A DNA stretch of 64,000 bases from Laetmonice hystrix (taxonomy: Eukaryota), in contig OZ249446.1 of assembly GCA_965235115.1 (NCBI GenBank), positions 6,882,001 through 6,946,000 on the forward strand, given 5' to 3'. Positions 39,743-51,500 of this stretch are shown in pieces; position 1 is the first letter of the stretch, and every line of letters starts with the position of its first letter. The position numbers were made by a program, and so were the translations under genes. The notes below the pieces were generated by a model, which searched no databases, was not told the origin of the DNA, and was given only the letters and a program-made list of their open reading frames with translations.

Positions 39743-41075
39743 TAAACGATTACCATTCATGACGACAAGAGTGATACCCATGGGTAATGACTGCATCTGA
39801 TCGTAACTTATGAAAATTATATTTATAGTGGGGCGCATAGCCAAACCAATTGTGCATTTTGTGATAAAAGCATGAAATTTTGTACAAAGAAATCTGGGAC
39901 CATAATCTTTATTTTGAGATAGGGTGGCATCCTGGATCATGCATGTGAGGGCTGTTTTAGGGTACTGTTGCCTATCAACAGTAACATGCTTAGCAACCAG
40001 CTTCATATTGCTCCAAGTAGAAAAAGAAACACACCTGCCAGTATATGCACTCTTGTCATAAACTCCTGTGCTATGAATACCAGGTGGTGGCGTCTATTAT
40101 TCAGATTTGTATGTCACACCTCACGCCGGTGACTCTGTACGTCAGTCAGTTACAGTCAACAGTTTTACCTGTAGACAGTATGACACCACCATACATGCTT
40201 GGTTGTAGCACCTTGACTTCATTTGGACAGACAGGACGGTGGAAATGGTGTCTTGATTAATATGAAATACTGTTCTACCTGGGAACCTTCTGATGTTTAG
40301 GTCAGTGTTCACTTATGTTGCTTTGTGGTAAAGAACCCACTTAAATACAGCCATGTAGGCAATTGGTTTTGGAGGTGAGACCCTAATTTGTATATAAATG
40401 ACTGTAACTATGTGAACCTGGACGCTGGGTGACGACTGTCGTATGCAGAACGTCGGTGTCACGTGCCTCATTGTCCATGTTGTCCTGATTTTATCATTTT
40501 TATTAATATCTTTTAATAAAATCAACTTGCAGGAAGAAACTATGGATCGCCACCCCATTAGAAGTCCTCTAGACGGGATCTACACCTCCAAGGCGTTGGT
40601 TGTCACCTGTAAAATGTTTTTATCTTACTAAAACAATGTGGTTGTGTTGGACACCACTCTGGAGGTCCAGCTTGACCTACTCACTATATAAATCCACGGA
40701 ACTACTGGTCACATGTACAGTGAACGGTCACGTCTGAAAGTATCGCTTAGATAGACTCGGGTCTGTCTCCCATGAACTGGCTGATGGGTCGGAAGGAGCT
40801 TGCATGGGTCCACGTTCGGTCGTAGTCTGGCAACACGTGCTGATGGTCAAACACTGACAGTATGATGAGTCACTTAGTGTCCACTGGAGGCGGGAGGGTG
40901 CAAGCCTGAGAAAAGTGTGAAATGACTCTTCTAAAGGGATGTAGCAATACAACCCGTTCCCCGTCAGTGGGTCGATCTGTGGCATAGTTCCGTATGGCGG
41001 TTATCACGTGTTGTCTCAGATGCCAGATCTGCGAACGGTAGGATGAACGTATCCACTCGACTAAGACCAAGTTCA

Positions 41076-41160
41076 CTTTTTCTCTCTCCCCCCCCCCCCC
41101 GTTTTTCTTTTCTTTTCTCTCCCTCTCTCGCTCTGTCTCTCTCCATCACTGTCTCTCTAG
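41076..41160. repeat. Low-complexity CT/poly-C tract
   Basis: Pyrimidine-only and (CT)n runs on the + strand. Confidence 0.75.
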
Positions 41161-41752
41161 TTAGATTTGTGTGAACGACTGAATAACTTGTGTTTTCTTT
41201 CAGCGTTGGCATAAGAATATGTAATATCTTTGCACATATTTAATTACCGATTATAACGCAATCAACAGCATCATAAACCACGGCCCTTGACTGGCACCGG
41301 TATCTAAGATGTCTTCTGAACGCTATATAGAGACCATTTTATGCGAGTTATAATTGATCCTTGGATACAAATTTCTGTTTAAATCCCTTCGTGTAATTCT
41401 ATAGGTGACGTATTTAAAGCGGTTACGACAGGTTGGTATGAAAGGTTACGACAGGTTACGACAGGTACATCCTGGGACCCAACCACATGCTAAAAAAAAA
41501 CTCACACCCCTTATTAGCCCCTGCAGTGCCAGGCCAACTTTCTGTTATTTCTACAGTATATCAAGATTGTAATATTTCATATCTTCTCCACCAGATTTTG
41601 AGGCTAGTGGCTATGTTCACTATGAGTACTGGGGGGACAAAAATGTAATTAATATCAACTGTGCCTATCTTTGGTGACCTCTCATACCAACAAAGGCATT
41701 GAAAGAGTCTGAGTAAAGACAACATTGTAAACGTTACATCCAATCGGTCTTA

Positions 41753-41758
41753 TTTATT
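41753..41758 (-). terminator. Candidate polyadenylation signal AATAAA
   Basis: tttatt on + strand, ~155 nt downstream of the TGA. Confidence 0.55.
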
Positions 41759-41910
41759 GACATCCCATTCACACATCCAATATCTCACAAAGTCTTAAAT
41801 GGGTTTGCTATTCTCATACAAATCCAAACGTTTCTCCCGGCGCTCATTCATCATAGCAAAGACATGTCTTCTAGAGAACATTAAAAAACACATGGCCAGC
41901 ACGCTTAAAG

Positions 41911-42524
41911 TCAATCATCATTCGATTCCACAGCACATCCAGCAATCAAAAAATCCTCTAAGATGATGTCAAGATCCTTAAAGTCTGTTGACATGAAGTA
42001 ATTCTGGTTTTTAACCCGTGGTGGCGATGCCATTGCCCGGACCTCGTCTTCATTGGCTGAATCGGTTATTCCAATTGTGACTATTTCAACACCATCCCCT
42101 TGTAGATCAAGAGCAAATTGGACAGTTTTATCAACATCGCGTGTTGACTTTCCGTCTGTAATGATAATAGCAACGTTTGGGGCATTTACCCTATCACCTT
42201 CCTTCGTTGTAAAAAGCTGGTTTCGAGCTACGTAGAGACCACCAGAGGTATTGGTATTTCCTCCAGGATAGGGCAAATCTTTGATGGCTGCCGTGATATC
42301 CCTGTCTTTGGCGTAACTGAGTGGAATATTAAGTCTTCCAGTATTACTAAAAACTACAATTCCTGCATGATTTCCATCCGGGGAAATTTTGAAACTGTCA
42401 CACATTTGCACAATAAATTCAAGCAGAAGTTCCCAGTTATCATATGAGCCATCCTTAGGATTGGAATCTCTTATGCTTCCGGAACCATCAAGGATGAAAC
42501 CAATATCGAGGATCTTCGGGCAAG
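41911..42524 (-). CDS. Terminal VWA exon (ACPKILDIGFILDGSGS...AGCAVESNDD*)
   Basis: Acceptor TTCACTTCAG|CT; in-frame TGA at 41911-41913; no GCAAGT donor and no Pro/Thr linker; extends the ORF-track call upstream to 42524. Confidence 0.88.
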
Positions 42525-45500
42525 CTGAAGTGAATTAATAACAAAATCATAATAAATCAAAGAAGCTCTTCTGTTCTATTTGAGTTTAGATGATTACAAT
42601 CCTATATGAAAATTCATTCCAAATAAAAGAAGAGAGCATTACAATATTGGGAGTAGTTTGGAGCAACTATCATTCATACAAAGGATATTCAGTCAAACAT
42701 ACAAAAAAATAACTATTTTTGTTTCCAATTTTGGCTTACAGTAAAATAAAATGCATGAATAAACACTCAAACTTGCATGGTTTAGGCGTTGTACGTTGAC
42801 TAGGTAAACATGCTTGGGACAGCAAGCCATCTAGGATGCTGCTGACGGATTGAAAGTCGCTTGATTTGAAGTAGTTCTGGTCAGGTAGCTGTGGCAATGA
42901 CGACATGCCTTTCAGCTCTTCCTCGTCAATTTCTGTTGTAATTCCCACACTGAAGACCTGTACACCGTCAGCTTGAAGCGCTTTAGCATATGGAATCGTT
43001 TTCTCAGAATCAAAAGTTGACTTTCCATCAGTAACAATGATGGCAATATTGGGAACGTCAGGCCGGTCACCACCCTCAACAGTGAACACCTCATTGCGAG
43101 CAACGTAAATACCGCCAGATGTATTGGTGTTTCCACCAGGGTATTCAATCTTGGAAAGGCTACCCAGCAGTTCCTCAGAGTTTGTGTACTCATTTAGGCC
43201 AAATATCAATCGCCCTTTGTTACTGAAGACAACCACTGCAAATCTGTTGCCACTATGAGACTGTGAAAAGTGTTTGACAACCTCACCAACAAACTGCAGA
43301 AGCAGATCCCAATTGTCATAGGATCCATCTGCAGGGTTCATATCACGAATACTACCAGAACCATCAATGATGAAGGCAAAGTCGGCAGGGCTATCACAAG
43401 CTGAAGCAGCAAATCAGAATCAAAGTCATCAATACATAGAAAACTTTACAGGACGTCTTCTCCAGATTTAACATGCAACATAAGTCTAATTTTCACTTTA
43501 TATAATTCAACCCCCAAGGAAAAGTCACTTGCACTGTCACAGATAAAGCCCTCTACATTCAAAATTCTCTGAAGGATTGGTTCTCTAGCTATGAATCATT
43601 CTCTCGTTGGTAGTGTGGTTAAGTGTCATTTTAGATCCAACAACTTAACAAATATTAACATCCTATATAGTCAGAGACTTCTACTGACTAAATTCAAAGT
43701 TATGTCCTAAACAGTGTGCAGTAGTTTATGAGTGTCAACGTTATTAGCCACATCATCAGGGAATAAAATCACCTTGGGAACACTCCAAGATTCCGGTCCT
43801 TCGTCTGTGGCAAATTCTTCTCTCACCTCTCCATTAGGTGTCTTAATGCACATTTCCCTTTACACTATGGGAAGAAGTCATTAATGACAGCTACCTTATA
43901 GTGTCTAGATACCCACCTAGGAGTCACTCACTTCATGGAAATACCAAAATGACTTAAGTGCTACCCCTCCCCCCTTTTAAGCTCTTTCATATAAACAATC
44001 TCATATCCAAAAAGTTAGGAGTCCAAGATAACAGAAAAACCAGTGTCCTCCATCTCATAGGGATTGCAAAGGGAAGTAGGATCTCTAGAGTTAGATAGCA
44101 AAACTTAAGACTATGGTCTATTTAGTCGGCCTTTCCATAGCTGAAGGTAGAAAACTACTTGCATGGTCTGGTTGGTGGTGGTGCACTAGCACATGCCTGG
44201 GTCAAAAGACTTTCCAGGATTTCATCCAGCATCTGGAAGTCAGGCGATGTGAAGTAGTTCCGATTCAAAACTTGGGGCAAGGACGATATGGCCTTCAGTT
44301 CATCGACGTCAACATCACTGGTAACCCCAACACTGAAAACCTGAACCCCATCATTTCGAAGATCTTCGGCCACTGGCACCGTTTTCTGGGAATCAAAGGT
44401 CGACTTTCCATCTGTGATGACAATGGCTATGTTGGGCACCTCAGGACGGTCACCTTCCTTGCCGCTAAAGAGTTGGCTGCGAGCTATGTACAGACCACCC
44501 GAGGTGTTGGTATTTCTTCCAGGATATTCAATCTTCTTGATGGCATCTACGAGCTCTGCCGTATTGAAATACTTTCCAAGGTCGAATAGCACTTTGCCAT
44601 TGTCACTGAATACTACAATACCAACATGGTTACCATTTGCTGACACTGTAAAGTGCTGCACTACACCGACAACAAAGTTGAGGAGAAGGTCCCAATTGTC
44701 ATAAGATCTGTCAGCCGGGTTCATATCACGAATGCTACCGGAACCATCAATAATGATCCCAATGTCCGCAATCCCTTGGCAAGCTGCAGCAGCAAATGGA
44801 CGAGGAAACACTTCAATAATGTGCAGAACCTTGGAACACTATTTCAATACAGCATCCATTCCAGAAACATGTGCAAAGAATCCTCCATTTGGACAATGTA
44901 ATTATTCCTAATCAAGAGACTCTTTACATAGTACCTCGACCTTAACTTGTTTTACATAGCTGCTCATGTAGACATAAAAATAACTGCAAGAAATGGCAAT
45001 CGGATTAATATAAAGGAAACATGGCAACAAGCTATCAATAATTGTGTGCAAGAGAATAAACAAGAGAAACTTGCTTGCTGGAGGGGGTGCACATGCTTGG
45101 GAAATCAAGTCATCTAGGATGCTGCTGACGGATTGAAAGTCGCTTGACTTGAAGTAGTTCTGGTCAGGTAGCTGTGGCAATGACGACATGCCTTTCAGCT
45201 CTTCCTCATCAATTTCTGTTGTAATTCCCACACAGAAGACTTGTACACCGTCAGCTTGAAGCGCTTTAGCATATGGAATCGTTTTCTCAGAATCAAAAGT
45301 TGACTTCCCATCAGTAACAATGATGGCAATATTGGGAACGTCAGGCCGGTCACCGCCCTCAACAGTGAACACCTCATTGCGAGCAACGTAAATACCGCCA
45401 GACGTATTGGTGTTTGCACCTGGGTATTCAATCTTGGAAAGGCTACCCAGCAGTTCCTCAGAGTTTGTGTACTCATTTAGGCCAAATATCAATCGCCCTT

Positions 45501-48500
45501 TGTTACTGAAGACAACCACTGCAAATCTGTTGCCACTATGAGACCGTGCCAAGTGTTTGACAACCTCACCAACAAACTGCAGAAGCAGATCCCAATTGTC
45601 ATAGGATCCATCTGCAGGGTTCATATCACGAATACTACCAGAACCATCAATGATGAAGGCAAAGTCGGCAGGGCTATCACAAGCTGAAGCAGCAAATCAG
45701 AATCAAAGTCATCAATACATAGAAATGTTTACAAGACGTCCCCTCCATATTTACAATGCAACATAAGTCTAATTTTCACTTTATATAATTCAACCCCCAA
45801 GGAAAAGTCACTTGCACTGTCACAGATAAAGCCCTCTACATTCAAAATTCTCTGAAGGATTGGTTCTCTAGCTTTGAATCATTCTCTCGGTGGTGGTGTG
45901 GTTAAGTGTCATTTTAGATCCAACAACTTAACAAATATTAACATCCTATATAGTCAGAGACTTCTACTGACTAAATTCAAAGTTATGTCCCAAACAGTGT
46001 GCAGTAGTTTATGAGTGTCAACGTTATTAGCCACATCATCAGGGAATAAAATCACCTTGGGAACACTCCCAAGATTCCGGTCCTTCGTCTGTGGCAAATT
46101 CTTCTCTCACCTCTCCATTAGGTGTCTTAATGCACATTTCCCTTTACACTATGGGAAGAAGTCATTAATGACAGCTACCTTATAGTGTCTAGATACCCAC
46201 CTAGGAGTCACTCACTTCATGGAAATACCAAAATGACTTAAGTGCTACCCCTCCCCCCTTTTAAGCTCTTTCATATAAACAATCTCATATCCAAAAAGTT
46301 AGGAGTCCAAGATAACAGAAAAACCAGTGTCCTCCATCTCACAGGGATTGCAAAGGGAGGTAGGATCTCTAGAGTTAAATAGCAAAACTTAAGACTATGG
46401 TCTGTTTAGTCGGCCTTTCCATAGCTGAAGTTAGAAAACTACTTGCATGGTCTGGTTGGTGGTGGTGCACTAGCACATGCCTGGGTCAAAAGACTTTCAA
46501 GGATTTCATCCAGCTTCTGGAAATCGGGCGATGTGAAATAGTTCCGATTCAAAACTTGGGGCAAGGACGATATGGCCTTCAGTTCATCTTCGTCAACATC
46601 ACTGGTAATCCCAACACTGAAAACCTGAACCCCATCATTTCGAAGATCTTCGGCCACTGGCACCGTTTTCTGGGAATCAAAGGTCGACTTTCCATCTGTG
46701 ATGACAATGGCTATGTTGGGCACCTCAGGACGGTCACCTTCCTTGCCACTAAAGAGTTGGCTACGAGCTATGTACAGACCACCCGAGGTGTTGGTATTTC
46801 TTCCAGGATATTCAATCTTCTTGATGGCATCTATGAGCTCTGCCGTATTGAAATACTTTCCAAGGTCGAATAGCACTTTGCCATTGTCACTGAATACTAC
46901 AATACCAACATGGTTACCATTTGCTGACACTGTAAAGTGCTGCACTACACCGACAACAAAGTTGAGGAGAAGGTCCCAATTGTCATAAGATCTGTCAGCC
47001 GGGTTCATATCACGAATGCTACCGGAACCATCAATAATGATCCCAATGTCCGCAATCCCTTGGCAAGCTGCAGCAGCAAATGGATGAGGAAACACTTCAA
47101 TAATGTGCAGAACCTTGGAACATTACTATTTCAATACAGCATCCATTCCAGAAACCTGTGCAAAGAATCCTCCATTTGGACAATGTAATTATTCCTAATC
47201 AAGAGACTCTTTACATAATACCTCGACCTTAACTTGTTCTACATAGCTCCTCATGTAGACATAAAAATTATTGCAAAAAATGGCAATCGGATTAATATAA
47301 AGGAAACATGGCAACAAGCTATCAATTGTGTGCAGGAGAAAAAACAAGAGAAACTTGCTTGCTGGAGGTGGTGCACATGCCTGGGAAATCAAGTCATCTA
47401 GGATGCTGCTGACGGACTGAAAGTCGCTTGATTTGAAGTAGTTCTGGTCAGGTAGCTGTGGCAACGACGACATGCCTTTCAGCTCTTCCTCATCAATTTC
47501 TGTTGTAATTCCCACACAGAAGACCTGTACACCGTCAGCTTGAAGCGCTTTAGCATATGGAATCGTTTTCTCAGAATCAAAAGTTGACTTTCCATCAGTA
47601 ACAATGATGGCAATATTGGGAACGTCAGGCCGGTCACCGCCCTCAACAGTGAACACCTCATTGCGAGCAACGTAAATACCGCCAGATGTATTGGTGTTTC
47701 CACCTGGGTATTCAATCTTGGAAAGGCTACCCAGCAGTTCCTCAGAGTTTGTGTACTCATTTAGGCCAAATATCAATCGCCCTTTGTTACTGAAGACAAC
47801 CACTGCAAATCTGTTGCCACTATGAGACCGTGCCAAGTGTTTGACAACCTCACCAACAAACTGCAGAAGCAGATCCCAATTGTCATAGGATCCATCTGCA
47901 GGGTTCATATCACGAATACTACCAGAACCATCAATGATGAAGGCAAAGTCGGCAGGGCTATCACAAGCTGAAGCAGCAAATCAGAATCAAAGTCATCAAT
48001 AGATAGAAAACTTTACAGGACGTCTTCTCCATATTTAACATGCAACATAAGTCTAATTTTCACTTTATATAATTCAACCCCCAAGGAAAAGTCACTTGCA
48101 CTGTCACAAATAAAGCCCACTACATTCAAAATTCTCTGAAGGATTGGTTCTCTAGCTATGAATCATTCTCTCGCTGGTAGTGTGGTTAAGTGTCATTTTA
48201 GATCCAACAACTTAACAAATATTAACATCCAATATAGTCAGAGACTTCTACTGTCTAAATTCAAAGTTATGTCCCAAACAGTGTGCAGTAGTTTATGAGT
48301 GTCAACGTTATTAGCCACATCATCAGGGAATAAAATCACCTTGGGAACACTCCAAGATTCCGGTCCTTCGTCTGTGGCAAATTCTTCTCTCACCTCTCCA
48401 TTAGGTGTCTTAATGCACATTTCCCTTTACACTATGGGAAGAAGTCATTAATGACAGCTACCTTATAGTGTCTAGATACCCACCTAGGAGTCACTCACTT

Positions 48501-51500
48501 CATGGAAATACCAAAATGACTTAAGTGCTACCCCTCCCCCTTTTAAGCTCTTTCATATAAACAATCTCATATCCAAAAAGTTAGGAGTCCAAGATAACAG
48601 AAAAACCAGTGTCCTCCATCTCATAGGGATTGCAAAGGGAAGTAGGATCTCTAGAGTTAGATAGCAAAACTTAAGACTATGGTCTGTTTAGTCGGCCTTT
48701 CCATAGCTGAAGTTAGAAAACTACTTGCATGGTCTGGTTGGTGGTGGTGCACTAGCACATGCCTGGGTCAAAAGACTTTCAAGGATTTCATCCAGCTTCT
48801 GGAAATCGGGCGATGTGAAATAGTTCCGATTCAAAACTTGGGGCAAGGACGATATGGCCTTCAGTTCATCTTCGTCAACATCACTGGTAACCCCAACACT
48901 GAAAACCTGAACCCCATCATTTCGAAGATCTTCTGCCACTGGCACCGTTTTCTGGGAATCAAAGGTCGACTTTCCATCCGTGATGACAATGGCTATGTTG
49001 GGCACCTCAGGACGGTCACCATCCTTGCCACTAAAGAGTTGGCTGCGAGCTATGTACAGACCACCCGAGGTGTTGGTATTTCTTCCAGGATATTCAATCT
49101 TCTTGATGGCATCTATGAGCTCTGCCGTATTGAAATACTTTCCAAGGTCGAATAGCACTTTGCCATTGTCACTGAATACTACAATACCAACATGGTTACC
49201 ATTTGCTGACACTGTAAAGTGCTGCACTACACCGACAACAAAGTTGAGGAGAAGGTCCCAATTGTCATAAGATCTGTCAGCCGGGTTCATATCACGAATG
49301 CTACCGGAACCATCAATAATGATCCCAATGTCTGCAATCCCTTGGCAAGCTGCAGCAGCAAATGGATGAGGAAATACTTCAATAATGTGCAGAACCTTGG
49401 AACATTACTATTTCAATACAGCATCCATTCCAGAAACCTGTGCAAAGAATCCTCCATTTGGACAATGTAATTATTCCTAATCAAGAGACTCTTTACATAA
49501 TACCTCGACCTTAACTTGTTCTACATAGCTCCTCATGTAGACATAAAAATTATTGCAAAAAATGGCAATCGGATTAATATAAAGGAAACATGGCAACAAG
49601 CTATCAATTGTGTGCAGGAGAATAAACAAGAGAAACTTGCTTGCTGGAGGTGGTGCACATGCCTGGGAAATCAAGTCATCTAGGATGCTGCTGACGGATT
49701 GAAAGTCGCTTGATTTGAAGTAGTTCTGGTCAGGTAGCTGTGGCAACGACGACATGCCTTTCAGCTCTTCCTCATCAATTTCTGTTGTAATTCCCACACA
49801 GAAGACTTGTACACCGTCAGCTTGAAGCGCTTTAGCATATGGAATCGTTTTCTCAGAATCAAAAGTTGACTTTCCATCAGTAACAATTATGGCAATATTG
49901 GGAACGTCAGGCCGGTCACCGCCCTCAACAGTGAACACCTCATTGCGAGCAACGTAAATACCGCCAGATGTATTGGTGTTTGCACCAGGGTATTCAATCT
50001 TGGAAAGGCTACCCAGCAGTTCCTCAGAGTTTGTGTACTCATTTAGGCCAAACATCAATCGCCCTTTGTTACTGAAGACAACCACTGCAAATCTGTTGCC
50101 ACTATGAGACCGTGCCAAGTGTTTGACAACCTCACCAACAAACTGCAGAAGCAGATCCCAATTGTCATAGGATCCATCTGCAGGGTTCATATCACGAATA
50201 CTACCAGAACCATCAATGATGAAGGCAAAGTCGGCAGGGCTATCACAAGCTGAAGCAGCAAATCAGAATCAAAGTCATCAATACATAGAAAACTTTACAG
50301 GACGTCTTCTCCATATTTAACATGCAACATAAGTCTAATTTTCACTTTATATAATTCAACCCCCAAGGAAAAGTCACTTGCACTGTCACAGATAAAGCCC
50401 TCTACATTCAAAATTCTCTGAAGGATTGGTTCTCTAGCTTTGAATCATTCTCTCGGTGGTAGTGTGGTTAAGTGTCATTTTAGATCCAACAACTTAACAA
50501 ATATTAACATCCTATATAGTCAGAGACTTCTACTGACTAAATTCAAAGTTATGTCCCAAACAGTGTGCAGTAGTTTATGAGTGTCAACGTTATTAGCCAC
50601 ATCATCAGGGAATAAAATCATTTGGGAACACTCCAAGCTTCCGGTCCTTCGTCCCCAGCAAATTCTTCTCTCACCTCTCCATTAATTGTCTTAATGCACA
50701 TTTCCCTTTACACTATGGGAAGAAGTCATTAATGACAGCTACCTTATAGTGTCTAGATACCCACCTAGGAGTCACTCACTTCATGGAAATACCAAAATGA
50801 CTTAAGTGCTACCCCTCCCCCCTTTTAAGCTCTTTCATATAAACAATCTCATATCCAAAGAGTTAGGAGTCCAAGATAACAGAAAAACCAGTGTCCTCCA
50901 TCTCACAGGGATTGCAAAAGGAGGTAGGATCTCTAGAGTTAGATAGCAAAACTTAAGACTATGGTCTGTTTAGTCGGCCTTTCCATAGCTGAAGTTAGAA
51001 AACTACTTGCATGGTCTGGTTGGTGGTGGTGCACTAGCACATGCCTGGGTCAAAAGACTTTCAAGGATTTCATCCAGCTTCTGGAAATCGGGCGATGTGA
51101 AATAGTTCCGATTCAAAACTTGGGGCAAGGACGATATGGCCTTCAGTTCATCTTCGTCAACATCACTGGTAATCCCAACACTGAAAACCTGAACCCCATC
51201 ATTTCGAAGATCTTCGGCCACTGGCACCGTTTTCTGGGAATCAAAGGTCGACTTTCCATCCGTGATGACAATGGCTATGTTGGGCACCTCAGGACGGTCA
51301 CCTTCCTTGCCACTAAAGAGTTGGCTGCGAGCTATGTACAGACCACCCGAGGTGTTGGTATTTCTTCCAGGATATTCAATCTTCTTGATGGCATCTATGA
51401 GCTCTGCCGTATTGAAATACTTTCCAAGGTCGAATAGCACTTTGCCATTGTCACTGAATACTACAATACCAACATGGTTACCATTTGCTGACACTGTAAA

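Noticed and set aside
39557-40006. 149-aa minus ORF in the gap
   Set aside because: Runs through poly-C/G tracts of a decayed repeat element; no domain similarity
40443-40631. + strand 62-aa ORF with a hydrophobic N-terminus
   Set aside because: Opposite strand to the gene, short, encoded by T-rich DNA, no further support
40686-40693. TATATAAA box on the + strand
   Set aside because: Points away from the VWA gene and has no supported downstream + strand transcript
40870-40945. SQACTLPPPVDTK resembling the end of a VWA exon
   Set aside because: Only a few residues match, upstream sequence is not VWA-like and there is no GCAAGT donor
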